The notes beneath the pieces are model-generated. The model was given only the letters and a program-made list of their open reading frames with translations, made no database searches and was not told the origin of the DNA. A DNA stretch of 64,000 bases from Spirochaetota bacterium (GTDB taxonomy: Bacteria; Spirochaetota; UBA6919; CBDBPB01), in NCBI GenBank assembly GCA_965208615.1, contig CBDBPB010000007.1:1-64000 (forward strand), in the 5' to 3' direction. This document shows, piece after piece, positions 53,665 through 64,000 of this stretch (positions are counted from its first letter, which is position 1; every line of letters begins with the position of its first letter). The position numbers and the translations under genes were made by a program.

Positions 53665-53689
53665 GACGTTATATTATAAATATAACGTC
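53665..53689. terminator. Hairpin between convergent genes
   Basis: Perfect 11-bp stem GACGTTATATT/AATATAACGTC. Confidence 0.55.
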
Positions 53690-53715
53690 AAAGGCAGACT
53701 ATTTTTATAAAAGTC

Positions 53716-54645
53716 TTATTCTATTTTTGTGGTAAGTTTTTTAATATCCTCATTGGTTAAGTTTAAGCTGGTATTGACTATATAACCTTCGTTTTCAATT
53801 TTGATCTTGTCAATAATATTAAGAGGGAGTACTTTATTTATATTACTTCTCCCAATGAGTAATATACCCCGTAATTGGGAAGTTAGTAATTTAGCAGATA
53901 ATTCACTTTTAGAGAATCCTTTTAGCGATAGGTTAAGGTTATCACTAATATTAGAACTAATAGTAATTATATCAGGTTTACCATCCTTAGGTATTATAGG
54001 TAATGAAGGAGATTCAAGTGCTATCCAAAATAAGTTATTTTTGTTAACATTTTTGATAGCAGAATATAGTTTTTGATTATTTAAAGGTCCAGTTTTATTT
54101 TTAGTTATAATGTCTATTCCTTCGTTAATCTTTGCTGAGGATGCAATTATAATATATTTATCTTCTATAAAAGCAGTTTTTATATTTTGTCCTTTATAGC
54201 CGGTTGATATAACCTTATGCTCTTGTATTATTTCTTCCGATATTTTATATTGCCTTTTAGTGGCTTCTATAAATTTATCAGTATCATATTTTATTTTGAT
54301 AAATATGATAAACTCACTATTTTTAGCTCCTATATCAATTGTTGAGAATCCACCAGACATACAGTTAAGGTCTGTATAAAGGTTTATATTATATTTTAAG
54401 TTTATTTCATCAATTTTACTAGACAGTTTTTTGTTATTTTTGATTATGTCTATTAAAGAGGATTTAGTTAGGGTATTGGCGTTAAAGTAGAATGCGGCTT
54501 TAGACCAAGATGGTATAATTTTATCCCCACAAGTTATTTCTTGTTTTTCATTACATTGGGTAATAGATATTATAAGTAGTAGGTATAACAAAAAGCTTGG
54601 TAGTTTGTATTTTTTTTTATTACTTATTAACAGTGTATTTGTCAT
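53716..54645 (-). CDS. Putative lipoprotein of unknown function
   Basis: ATG 54645 after GAGG; basic N-region, hydrophobic stretch, ITQC. Confidence 0.6.
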   Translation of the reverse strand: MTNTLLISNKKKYKLPSFLLYLLLIISITQCNEKQEITCGDKIIPSWSKAAFYFNANTLTKSSLIDIIKNNKKLSSKIDEINLKYNINLYTDLNCMSGGFSTIDIGAKNSEFIIFIKIKYDTDKFIEATKRQYKISEEIIQEHKVISTGYKGQNIKTAFIEDKYIIIASSAKINEGIDIITKNKTGPLNNQKLYSAIKNVNKNNLFWIALESPSLPIIPKDGKPDIITISSNISDNLNLSLKGFSKSELSAKLLTSQLRGILLIGRSNINKVLPLNIIDKIKIENEGYIVNTSLNLTNEDIKKLTTKIE

Positions 54646-54796
54646 ATTTTCCTCGTTATATATAAAGTTTTGTATAAAGATGTTATTTAACAGTACAAAT
54701 GTCAAATATATTATTTTTTTTATATTGATTTAGGTATACATAATAGTTTAGTTTGTATTACTTTTTATAATTACTATTAAACATTAAGGTTTTTTT

Positions 54797-55240
54797 GTGG
54801 ACAAGGTTATTTATAGCCCCATTGGTTTAGTACATACTCCTTACGACTGTCCAAAGGGCATTAAGGTTAAGAAGCTATCCAAAAGGGATACCATTGGCAA
54901 GGTAGAGCTTTTTTCTGAGTATGTTGAGGGTCTTTGTGATATTAGTGGTTTTTCACATATTATACTTATTTGTCATTTGCATTTGATAGAGGGTTTTAAG
55001 CTAAAGACCATACCTTATATGGATAAAGTTTTAAGGGGTATATTTTCGACTAGGTCTCCATCAAGGCCTAATAGCATTGGATTGTCAACTGTGGAGCTTT
55101 TGGATGTTAGTGATAACTATTTAATTGTTAGGGGAGTTGATCTTGTTGATAGAACGCCTCTATTGGATATAAAGCCTTTTGTAACCAAGGTTGATTGGGT
55201 TAAAGAGCCTAGTCTTGGTTGGCTTGAGGGGCTTATATAG
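54797..55240 (+). CDS. tsaA: TsaA/TrmO family tRNA methyltransferase
   Basis: PIGLVHTPY, GFSHI, GIFSTRSPSRPNSIGLS, TPLLDIKP. Confidence 0.88.
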   Translation: MDKVIYSPIGLVHTPYDCPKGIKVKKLSKRDTIGKVELFSEYVEGLCDISGFSHIILICHLHLIEGFKLKTIPYMDKVLRGIFSTRSPSRPNSIGLSTVELLDVSDNYLIVRGVDLVDRTPLLDIKPFVTKVDWVKEPSLGWLEGLI

Positions 55241-55255
55241 TTTATCGGGGTTTAT

Positions 55256-56302
55256 ATGATTAGTCGTAAGAAGACGCTAAAAATTAAGTTGGGTAATATA
55301 TATATTGGTGGTGATGCTCCTATAACCATCCAGTCTATGACTAACACGGATACCAAAGATATATTGGCTACCGTTGATCAAATTAAAGAGTTAGAACGTG
55401 TTGGATGTGATATTGTTAGGGTAGCGGTTCCTAATATGAAGTCTGCAAGGGTAATTGATAAGATTAGGTCTAACATATCTATTCCGTTGATTGCTGATAT
55501 TCACTTTGATTATCGTTTAGCGTTAGAGTCTATTAAAAGGGGTGTGGATGGCCTAAGATTAAACCCTGGTAATATTACTCGGCGGGATAAGGTTGAGGCT
55601 ATTGTAAAAGAGGCTAAAAATAACAGCATACCCATTAGGATAGGGGTTAATAGTGGGTCTGTTGATAGAGATAAATATTCTATTTTATCGGCGGAGAGTT
55701 TGGTTAGTTCTGCTATGGAGCATATAAAGATTCTCGAGGGCTTGGATTATTATAATATTAAGGTATCGCTTAAGTCGGCTGATGTGCCTATGACCATAGA
55801 TAGCTATTTACTTATGAGCAAAACAAGGGACTATCCTCTTCATATTGGTATTACTGAGGCTGGTACTATGTTTAGGGGTACTATTAAAAGCTCTGTTGGC
55901 ATTGGTACCTTATTGGCTATGGGAATTGGGGATACCTTTAGGGTTTCTTTGACTGCTGATCCTGTTGAGGAGGTTAGGGTAGCAAGGCAAATATTAAATA
56001 CTTTGGGTATACGAAAAGAGGGGGTTGAGTTAATATCCTGTCCTACATGCGGGCGTTGTGATATTGATCTTATTGATATAGCCAATAAAGTTGATAAAGA
56101 GGTGGGTCATATTAAAAAGCCTATTAAGGTTGCGGTTATGGGCTGTATAGTTAATGGTCCTGGTGAGTCTAAGGGTGCTGATATTGGTATAGCTGGTGCT
56201 AAGGGTATGGGGGTTTTATTTAAGAATGGCAAAGAGGTTAGGCGGGTTAAGGAGAAGGATTTAGTTAATGTTTTGCTAGAAGAGGTAAATAAGCTTGACT
56301 AA
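55256..56302 (+). CDS. ispG: (E)-4-hydroxy-3-methylbut-2-enyl-diphosphate synthase
   Basis: IQSMTNT, ADIHF, RLNPGN, HIGITEAG, SCPTCGRC, MGCIVNGPGE. Confidence 0.97.
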   Translation: MISRKKTLKIKLGNIYIGGDAPITIQSMTNTDTKDILATVDQIKELERVGCDIVRVAVPNMKSARVIDKIRSNISIPLIADIHFDYRLALESIKRGVDGLRLNPGNITRRDKVEAIVKEAKNNSIPIRIGVNSGSVDRDKYSILSAESLVSSAMEHIKILEGLDYYNIKVSLKSADVPMTIDSYLLMSKTRDYPLHIGITEAGTMFRGTIKSSVGIGTLLAMGIGDTFRVSLTADPVEEVRVARQILNTLGIRKEGVELISCPTCGRCDIDLIDIANKVDKEVGHIKKPIKVAVMGCIVNGPGESKGADIGIAGAKGMGVLFKNGKEVRRVKEKDLVNVLLEEVNKLD

Positions 56303-57095
56303 CATAGAAAAGAGATATAGCGATTTAAAGGCTGTTATTGGATCATACTCTAGTGTATTAGTTGGGTTTTCTGGTGGGGTGGATTCGAGTTTCCTTGTTA
56401 AGACTGCTTATGACGTTTTGGGGGATAGGGCATTAGCAGTTATTGGTACTTCTATGTCTTACCCTGATAGAGAAGAATATAAGGCATTTAATTTAGCTAA
56501 TCAGATTGGCATACCTTGTATAAAAGTTAGTACTGATGAGATAAGTATAGAAGAGTACAGGCTTAATCGTGGGGATAGGTGTTATTTTTGCAAAAGGGAG
56601 CTATATTCAAGGCTTAATAATATTAAGGATAGTCTTAATTATGCTGAGGTGTTGGATGCAACTAATTTATCCGATATTAGTGATGATAGACCTGGTATGA
56701 GGGCTATTTCTGAGTTGGGGATAAGAACTCCTTTAGTTGATGTTGGTCTTTCTAAGACTGACATTAGGAATTTGAGTTGTAAGCTTGGTTTATCTGTATG
56801 GGATAAGCCATCATTTGCTTGTTTGTCATCTAGATTTAGTGTGGGTACTATTATTAGTGAGGATAAGCTTTTACTTATTGACAAAGGTGAGCAGTATTTA
56901 TATGATTTGGGTTTAAGGCAGTTTAGGCTTAGGTATCACGATGATTTAGTTAGGATAGAGTTATTAGAAAAGGATTTTAATATATTGATTAATAGTGATA
57001 TTCGTAATAGTTTGGTTAACAGTTTAAGGGGATTAGGTTTTCGTTTTATTACTATGGATTTATTAGGTTATAGGTCTAAGGACGGGGAGTTATAG
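56295..57095 (+). CDS. larE: ATP-dependent sacrificial sulfur transferase LarE-like
   Basis: FSGGVDS PP-loop, RCYFCK, DDRPGMRA, DKPSFACLSSRF. Confidence 0.88.
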   Translation: MTNIEKRYSDLKAVIGSYSSVLVGFSGGVDSSFLVKTAYDVLGDRALAVIGTSMSYPDREEYKAFNLANQIGIPCIKVSTDEISIEEYRLNRGDRCYFCKRELYSRLNNIKDSLNYAEVLDATNLSDISDDRPGMRAISELGIRTPLVDVGLSKTDIRNLSCKLGLSVWDKPSFACLSSRFSVGTIISEDKLLLIDKGEQYLYDLGLRQFRLRYHDDLVRIELLEKDFNILINSDIRNSLVNSLRGLGFRFITMDLLGYRSKDGEL

Positions 57096-57096
57096 A

Positions 57097-58830
57097 TTGT
57101 TTAGTAGGTTAGTGGAGTTATTCAGGTATTTTAGGCCTTATTTATCGAAGGTATATATTGGTGGTGGTTTATTAGTATTATCCGTTATTTTTGAGATAGT
57201 CATTCCGAGGATAATTCGTTATATGGTTGATGAGTTAAACGTATCATCGGATATGATTAATCTTGATAGTATTTATTTTTATAGTGGTATTATGTTATTA
57301 GTTATGGTTTTTAGGGGGATTATTTTATATTATGCGAGGCTTATTTTAATTAGCATATCCCGCCGTATAGAGTATGACATTAGGAACAAGCTTTATAAGA
57401 AGCTTTTAACTTTTGAGCCTGCTTTTTTTAACAAGGCACGTACTGGTGATTTATTATCCAGGATGGTATCTGACATTGAGCAGATTAGGATGATATTTGG
57501 ACCTGGATTAATGTATTCTGCTAATGTGATTATTTTGTTTATACTTTGTTTTGCCTCTATGGTTTTGATTGATTTATACTTAACTATTTTGGCTATTATA
57601 CCGCTTTTGCTTTTGACTATCTTGATTAGGGTTGTGGGTATAAAGTATTATGAGAGGTCTAGGGATGTTCAGGAGGAGTTAGCTAATGTAGCCGCCTTTG
57701 TGGATGAGCATATACAGGGTATTAGGGTTATAAAATCTTATGTGAAGGAGGCATTTACTTTAGACATATTCCATAAGATTAATTTACGGTTTATATTAAA
57801 GAATATGTTATTCGCACGTTTAAATGGATTATTTCGTCCATTACTTATGCTTATAGTGGGTTTATCGTCTATTATTATTTTGTGGGTTGTTGGTACTAGG
57901 ATTGATAGTGGTGAGATGACTTTGGGTAATCTAATTGAGTTTTTTGTGTATATAGAGATGTTGGGTATGCCGTTAATGGCTATGGGATGGGTTTTATCTT
58001 TATTCCAGAGGGGTAGTGCCGCTTATGACAGGATTAAGGTGCTTTTGGATAGGGAGCCTAATATTGTTGATTCTGTTGACGTCAGTGGATTATATAGTTT
58101 AAAGCGTGATATTAGGTTTAAGAACTTATCATTTTCGTATAACGGCAGTTATTTAGCTTTGGATGATATTTCGTTTAGTATTAAGAGGGGGGAAAAGGTT
58201 GCTATTATAGGTCCTACTGGATCAGGTAAGACAACGTTAATATCACTTTTATTGAGGCTATACGACTGTTCTGGTATTTTTATTGATGATATACCTATAA
58301 ATGAGATTGCTCTAAAGGATTTGAGGGGTTTTATAGGTTATATACCCCAAGAGGAGTTTATATTCCCTGATAGTGTGTTGGAGAACATTAAGTTTGGTGC
58401 TAACTTAAACAGGGATTATTTGGATCCAAAACATAGTGCAAGGCTTAGCAAGTTAGACGATGAGATTAATTTATTCCCTAATAAGTATGATGAACTTATT
58501 GGTGAGAGGGGTATAACTTTATCTGGCGGACAAAAACAGAGGCTGGGTATTGCAAGGGCATTAGTTAGTGATCCTGATGTTCTTATATTTGATGATTCAT
58601 TCTCTAACATTGACTCGTCGACTGAGAGTGAAATATTAGCTAATATTTATAAGCGGTTTAGGGATAAAACGGTTATAATAGTTGCCCACCGTGCCTCTAC
58701 TATAAATAATGTGGATAAGGTTGTGGTATTGGATTATGGTAAGTTAGTTGAGATTGGTAGTCCATCAGGTTTACTTAAGGCTGGTGGATATTATGCTAAT
58801 CTAATTAACCATGAGTCTTTATCCTATTAG
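57097..58830 (+). CDS. ABC exporter, fused permease and ATPase (MdlA-like)
   Basis: 6-TM domain, TGDLLSR, GPTGSGKT, GERGITLSGGQKQR. Confidence 0.93.
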   Translation: MFSRLVELFRYFRPYLSKVYIGGGLLVLSVIFEIVIPRIIRYMVDELNVSSDMINLDSIYFYSGIMLLVMVFRGIILYYARLILISISRRIEYDIRNKLYKKLLTFEPAFFNKARTGDLLSRMVSDIEQIRMIFGPGLMYSANVIILFILCFASMVLIDLYLTILAIIPLLLLTILIRVVGIKYYERSRDVQEELANVAAFVDEHIQGIRVIKSYVKEAFTLDIFHKINLRFILKNMLFARLNGLFRPLLMLIVGLSSIIILWVVGTRIDSGEMTLGNLIEFFVYIEMLGMPLMAMGWVLSLFQRGSAAYDRIKVLLDREPNIVDSVDVSGLYSLKRDIRFKNLSFSYNGSYLALDDISFSIKRGEKVAIIGPTGSGKTTLISLLLRLYDCSGIFIDDIPINEIALKDLRGFIGYIPQEEFIFPDSVLENIKFGANLNRDYLDPKHSARLSKLDDEINLFPNKYDELIGERGITLSGGQKQRLGIARALVSDPDVLIFDDSFSNIDSSTESEILANIYKRFRDKTVIIVAHRASTINNVDKVVVLDYGKLVEIGSPSGLLKAGGYYANLINHESLSY

Positions 58831-58841
58831 CCTATGGTGTT

Positions 58842-59504
58842 TTACTCTCTTTCACCAGAAAAGACTTGCACTCCGTGAAAGTAGATAGGACCATTAATAT
58901 CGTCTAGCATTACCCCTGCACCCAAATAGTTAAAGTTTTGTCTTAGTATATTTGCTCTATGACCGGGAGAGTTCATCCAGCTATCTAATGCAGACTTAGC
59001 AAATGATATATATGTATGAGGGGGTATACCATCAAAAGAGGGTACTTGTGTACCAGATTTATATTGCTTACCAAACGTTCTTATAATGTTCTCACCCCAT
59101 GAGTTAGCATTATGGCCAACGAGCCTAAGTCTATCTCCAGCAGTTGTACGGCCTTGAATAGGGCTATTATGAGAGAAGAAGTTTAGTCTTGACATATCCT
59201 CTGCATGCATTTGAGCCGCTCTTTTTAGATATGGCGAATATTTAAAAAGGGGTCTATTATTAGTAGAACGTCTAACATTGGTCTCATAGAATATAGCGGC
59301 TTGCAAAAGGGGATAGCTAATATTACTAAAGTCTATTTTTTCATTAGCTTTGTGATAACTATAAAACTGTTTATAGTTATAGGCGGCATACATTTCATCG
59401 TACCACAATTCAGCATTTTGATTATTATTGCAAAAGCTAAAAAGTGAAAGGATAATGACTAATAGGGTCATTATTAAATATCTTTTTGTTATTTTCATAC
59501 TCAT
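58842..59504 (-). CDS. CAP (SCP/Tpx/PR-1) domain lipoprotein
   Basis: Lipobox-like FSFC; AAQMHAEDM, FFSH, GENI, WMNSPGHRANIL. Confidence 0.9.
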   Translation of the reverse strand: MSMKITKRYLIMTLLVIILSLFSFCNNNQNAELWYDEMYAAYNYKQFYSYHKANEKIDFSNISYPLLQAAIFYETNVRRSTNNRPLFKYSPYLKRAAQMHAEDMSRLNFFSHNSPIQGRTTAGDRLRLVGHNANSWGENIIRTFGKQYKSGTQVPSFDGIPPHTYISFAKSALDSWMNSPGHRANILRQNFNYLGAGVMLDDINGPIYFHGVQVFSGERE

Positions 59505-59645
59505 ATCTTAAAATATTGTTTGATAATTATAGTAGGACTAATACTATAAAATAAATAGGATGGTTATTACATAGCTATATAGATAATAAAAAGAAAGCCA
59601 AAAGTCAAGTGTAAACAAAGTTGAGCGTTATAGATAACAACTATA

Positions 59646-59957
59646 CTAATCTGCTTTGCTAGTATTACTAATCCATTTTAGATATTTGGGGTCACCTTCT
59701 TTAATTTCGAAGGATACTATTTCAACGGTATCGTATGGGTGTATTTCATTAATTTTGTTTATTAGTTTGGGCATAACTTCTTTTTTAGTTTTAATTATTA
59801 GCATGGACTCTTCATCATTGCATAACTCATTCTTCCAATAGTAATAGCTACTTACTTTTGGTACTATATTTACGCAAGCAGCTAATCTATCTACTACTAA
59901 GGTTTTGGCAATTGTATTAGCATTTTCTAATGGTGTGGTACAAAAAACAACACGCAT
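59646..59957 (-). CDS. cutA: Divalent-cation tolerance protein CutA
   Basis: LAACVNI, SYYYWK, HPYDTVEI. Confidence 0.93.
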   Translation of the reverse strand: MRVVFCTTPLENANTIAKTLVVDRLAACVNIVPKVSSYYYWKNELCNDEESMLIIKTKKEVMPKLINKINEIHPYDTVEIVSFEIKEGDPKYLKWISNTSKAD

Positions 59958-59960
59958 AAA

Positions 59961-60413
59961 CTACCTACGCAGTGGACTATAAAACCTTTGATTCTCAGCT
60001 TGAACAATTTTGTCTGTTGATAAGCCTTGCTTATAAAGTTCGTATGCCATAATAGCTTGGTTCTGACAAATATTACAGTTAGCACCATGATCAGTTGCAA
60101 AACAGCTTTTAAGGCTTTTATGCTTTATTTTTGGATGGTATTCACAATAGCAATAGCAAAATACTTTATCCAATACATGGGGTATCTCTTTAGCCAGTTT
60201 ATAAGCCTTTGCGGCTTTTCCCTTATACATACTGGCTGGCAGTATGGGTCTATTTTCTCCTCCTGGAGCCTTTGGATATGAGTTAAGAGTAGGTTGTTTA
60301 GTTGTTAGCTTATTATTAGTTGTTTTTTTATTGCAAGCAAATAGTCCAATGGTTATTACCATAAGTAAGACTAGTAGGCTATTATACCTTTTAGTAGTGG
60401 ATCGGTTTATCAT
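59961..60413 (-). CDS. PCYCGC-like Cys-motif lipoprotein
   Basis: Lipobox LFAC; AYKLA..IP.VL..VFCYCYC, HKSLKSCF, HGANCNIC. Confidence 0.78.
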   Translation of the reverse strand: MINRSTTKRYNSLLVLLMVITIGLFACNKKTTNNKLTTKQPTLNSYPKAPGGENRPILPASMYKGKAAKAYKLAKEIPHVLDKVFCYCYCEYHPKIKHKSLKSCFATDHGANCNICQNQAIMAYELYKQGLSTDKIVQAENQRFYSPLRR

Positions 60414-60571
60414 ATATATCTCCTATATTTATAGTCGTATTATTTTTAAGCAATATAAAATTGCCTTATATACAAGCTTAATATTTTAAGTTTAAACCAG
60501 TATATAAGTATAAAAATAACCAATAAAAGTTAATATTCAACCATATTATTAGTATTTTGTAAAGTTTATAG

Positions 60572-62155
60572 TTAAAGTATTAGTTGGATGGCACCTATCA
60601 AAAAGCCTAATATAGCTCCAAAGATATTTATCCATTTTAAATGCTTTTTTATCATAGTTAGCATTATGTTCTCTACTTCTTCTAATGGGAATAGGTTTAC
60701 CTTTTGTTTAACAACTTGTTCTAAATTCATAGCCTTAACCAAATACTGTATGTCATTTTTTATGAGGGTTAAAACTCTTTTTGTAAGATAGGCTGATATA
60801 TTATCTTTATGGGAAGACGTTATATAAAATATTTTATTTAGATTAGTAAAGTTTGTTCGAAAAACTAAGTTATCAATTTTCTCTTCGATGAGATTAAAAA
60901 TACTATTCACTATTTTCTCTTTCTGTAAAGACTTTGCAATAAATCTACTAATATAATCACTGGCTAAGCCAATATCAATAGAGAGCTTATTTAATATATC
61001 ACTAATATTAAGACTTTCTATATGACTATACAACTTTAGTAGCTCAGTAGAAAAGGAAGTAATTATTTTTTCATTGTCAAAAGCTTTATGAATCATACTT
61101 TTTAACTTATCCCTAAACTCATCCTGTTCATCTATTATGTTTACTATCTCACCAATTTCTTTGTCCATAAGTTTATATGTTGAGCTAAAAATATGCTTTA
61201 TTATTTTATTTTGCATATCATCGGACTTTAAGCTGTCAAATAGCTGTTCAATGGTCTGTACAATGGCAGGAGGTAGGTCTTCATTAACCCTTTCTTCTAT
61301 ACCCCAAAGGTTTACCATAATTTTTTGTGCAAGGTTTAAATTATTTATATAGTCATCTACTGCCTTTTTGAGTGCTATGAATAGTTTTTCATCCATTTTG
61401 TAGTCGAATACCATATATTTTATGCTGTCAATTATACCAGGAAGTTCTTTTAATACAAGCTTATATACTAATTTAACTGCTATATCCGGTATAATACTAG
61501 CAAGTTTGGTTTTAGAGAGTTTAAGGTTTTCGAATTTGTCATCTACCCACTTATCGACTACAGAGCTTTTTGAAAGAGACTTACTAATAGCCGTAATAAG
61601 CTTATGTAAAAATGCCTTGACATCGCTTTTGCTGATAAGCTTTGATAACTGCTTATTGGATAAATCAGTAATAATTAGCTCTACAAAAGGTTTAATGGTA
61701 TTTTTAAGATCTTTTTTAAATACTAATTCTAGGAGGATTAGCCTAAGTTTATCTTTTACATTAGAATAGTTGGATGAAAACATATCCCTTAGCTCTACTG
61801 GTATTAGGCTATATAAACTAGAGCTATCTTTATTAAATAGATCATTAAGATTTTTGCTAATTAGCTTATAAATAGTGTTATAGGACTTATCCGATAGCAG
61901 TTGATTTTCTAGAGTTTCTTTGTTTAGGAGTATTTTACCAACAACCTTACCAATATTATTTGCCAGTTCATCTCTATGACGGGGTATTACACCTGGTGTA
62001 AATGGTATTCTAATGCCAAAGACCGTCCATTTTTTGTATGGCTTAAAAAGCATCTTAATAGCAAGAGAATTAGTAAGATAGCCAATGCTAGCGCCGATTA
62101 TAGGGGGTAAAATATAATTAATATAGGGTATATTACTAAATAATTCCATAAACAA
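60572..62155 (-). CDS. DUF445 family membrane-anchored protein
   Basis: IGYLTNSLAIKMLFKP, GVIPR...LA, C-terminal LKWINIFGAILGFLIG. Confidence 0.88.
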   Translation of the reverse strand: MFMELFSNIPYINYILPPIIGASIGYLTNSLAIKMLFKPYKKWTVFGIRIPFTPGVIPRHRDELANNIGKVVGKILLNKETLENQLLSDKSYNTIYKLISKNLNDLFNKDSSSLYSLIPVELRDMFSSNYSNVKDKLRLILLELVFKKDLKNTIKPFVELIITDLSNKQLSKLISKSDVKAFLHKLITAISKSLSKSSVVDKWVDDKFENLKLSKTKLASIIPDIAVKLVYKLVLKELPGIIDSIKYMVFDYKMDEKLFIALKKAVDDYINNLNLAQKIMVNLWGIEERVNEDLPPAIVQTIEQLFDSLKSDDMQNKIIKHIFSSTYKLMDKEIGEIVNIIDEQDEFRDKLKSMIHKAFDNEKIITSFSTELLKLYSHIESLNISDILNKLSIDIGLASDYISRFIAKSLQKEKIVNSIFNLIEEKIDNLVFRTNFTNLNKIFYITSSHKDNISAYLTKRVLTLIKNDIQYLVKAMNLEQVVKQKVNLFPLEEVENIMLTMIKKHLKWINIFGAILGFLIGAIQLIL

Positions 62156-62483
62156 CCTGCTTTATATTATATAATCCTTAATAATAAATAGTTAGATAAT
62201 ATTTATTTGTTAATTTTGATATTAATAAGTTTAAGATAATAAAGTTTACATTATCAATATTGCATTTTAGTATTACTATTTTTTTTGTTAAACAGCTTAA
62301 CTCCTTTAATAATAACTTGATAAACGGATAACCTTTAAATTAACTATATTATTTTGTATATCCATTATATAATGTTTTAATTTATATTAAATTATCCGAT
62401 GTTTTTAAAACTTAATTTTAATAATATCTGCTCCGTGACTAAAAATATATACCTATATATAATTAGACGTGACTAGATAATAG

Positions 62484-64000
62484 ATGGAACTTATGTTTAG
62501 AAAATGGATTTTCTTTATTATTACTTTTTTGTTAATACTTGTAACTATAAGTATAATTACATTTAATCCTTATGATTCAAACTCCATTACTGATCAAGGT
62601 AATACACAAGTTGAGAACTACTTAGGTTTACCGGGCAGTTATATATCAACTATATTGTTTACTTTGTTTGGTAGATGGACATATTTCTTTATTTTGTTTT
62701 TTGTATTGCTATATTTCTCTTTATTTTTTAATATTCTGTCAAATAACAGGGTTAATAAGTTTATAGGCTTGTTTTTATTTGTTTTTGCAATTGCCTATTT
62801 TAATGTTATACTAACTAACGATGTTAGCTTTAGAGCTGGAGGTATTTTAGCTGGAGCATTACATCACTTTATTAAGGTTATTGGTGGTATAGTTGGGGAA
62901 TGGTTATTATTAATTATTTTAGTTTTACTATCCATATCCTTAATATTTGGCATTGATAAGAAGAATATGCTTTGTTATTTGGAAAAGACTATTCAATTTT
63001 TTAAGCGGAGTAGTATAGGTTTAGGTAATAAAGCTAATTTAGCTAATAAGCCACCTCTTATCCAGAAGGTAACTTCTCATAATGTAGAACATGAAAAGCA
63101 TACTGATAATGGGGTAACAATTAAGCATACCAGCTATAAAAAGGATTATGATGAGAGTTGCGATATAGAAGGGGATGGTTTATGCGTATTAGAAATAGAC
63201 AAGGATATAGAGGATAGCAAAAAAGACTTAATAGATAATAATGTAAATATAATGTTATCTGAAGGATATACAAAGAGTGATGGTTTTTATGGCGAAAAAG
63301 TGGATTATGATATTAGTGAATATGAGGTTATTACTGATCCTCTTAAAAGTATTAATAAACACTACATAGAGCATAGTAAAAGCAATAGCATAGATAAAAG
63401 TATTCTTTCTTTAGAAAGTGATAACTTAGAAACAGTGGATAAGCCTATTATAGCTAATACCGATGATCAGGCTAATAATAGTATACATTGTTCTTCGGAC
63501 TTAGAATATGATGAAAATAATACATCCCTTAAGCTAGAGAGAACTTTAAATGAATTTGGTGTTGATGCAAGGGTAGATAAGGTAACAAGGGGACCAGTTA
63601 TTACCCGTTATGAGATTATTATTCCTGCTGGTATAAAGGTTAGTAAGATAGTTGGTCTGCAGGATAATTTAGCATTATCTTTAGCGTCGTCCAAGATTAG
63701 GATAATTGCTCCTATTCCTGGTAAGTCGGCTGTTGGAGTTGAGGTTCCTAACAAGCATAGAAAGGTTGTTACCTTAGACGAACTAGTTAATACTGATGAA
63801 TATAGGAGTCAGCCTTATAGTCTGCCTATTATTTTGGGTAAGGGTATATCTGGTATACCTTTAATATTTGACTTATCCTCTATGCCTCATTTACTTATAG
63901 CTGGTTCTACGGGTTCTGGCAAGAGTGTTTTTGTTAATGTTCTTATTTCCAGTATTCTTTTGTCTAAGACGGCTAATGAGGTAAGATTTTTGATGATTGA
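62484..64000 (+). CDS. ftsK: DNA translocase FtsK, 3'-truncated by window edge
   Basis: Manual translation: N-terminal TMs (ENYLGLPG), GPVITRYE, RIIAPIPGKSAVGVEVPN, MPHLLIAGSTGSGKSV; start 62484 or 62493. Confidence 0.92.
   Translation, partial: MELMFRKWIFFIITFLLILVTISIITFNPYDSNSITDQGNTQVENYLGLPGSYISTILFTLFGRWTYFFILFFVLLYFSLFFNILSNNRVNKFIGLFLFVFAIAYFNVILTNDVSFRAGGILAGALHHFIKVIGGIVGEWLLLIILVLLSISLIFGIDKKNMLCYLEKTIQFFKRSSIGLGNKANLANKPPLIQKVTSHNVEHEKHTDNGVTIKHTSYKKDYDESCDIEGDGLCVLEIDKDIEDSKKDLIDNNVNIMLSEGYTKSDGFYGEKVDYDISEYEVITDPLKSINKHYIEHSKSNSIDKSILSLESDNLETVDKPIIANTDDQANNSIHCSSDLEYDENNTSLKLERTLNEFGVDARVDKVTRGPVITRYEIIIPAGIKVSKIVGLQDNLALSLASSKIRIIAPIPGKSAVGVEVPNKHRKVVTLDELVNTDEYRSQPYSLPIILGKGISGIPLIFDLSSMPHLLIAGSTGSGKSVFVNVLISSILLSKTANEVRFLMI

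Noticed and set aside
5394-61769. Numerous short antisense ORFs overlapping housekeeping genes
   Set aside because: Lie opposite well-supported genes and show no motifs

Overview
Very AT-rich bacterial chromosomal window, most likely from a spirochete (FlaA-type sheath protein, class I LysRS, FapA, spirochete-style lipoproteins). Secreted ankyrin, LRR, CAP and beta-helix proteins suggest a host-associated lifestyle (inference). Housekeeping genes (astA/D/B, fliM, uvrB, lysS, lgt, sucCD, gcvPA, grpE-dnaK-dnaJ, dut, ispG, larE, cutA, partial ftsK) often lack their usual operon partners. Main observations: (1) a ~0.7-0.9 kb non-coding TGTTA...TAACA-bounded dispersed repeat (3 long copies, 2 remnants); four copies sit in the same orientation upstream of a secreted or repeat-domain accessory gene, and two have tandemly amplified their gene-proximal end; (2) a tandem array of four lipoproteins built from six copies of a 6-Cys domain I do not recognise, expanded by a duplication that also copied tRNA-Leu(GAG) and the 3' end of lgt; (3) a VKOR fused to four tandem DsbA-like domains next to a small cationic 6-Cys secreted protein; (4) three genes each broken by one extra base in an 8-nt homopolymer. 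All calls are by eye from motifs; no searches were run.
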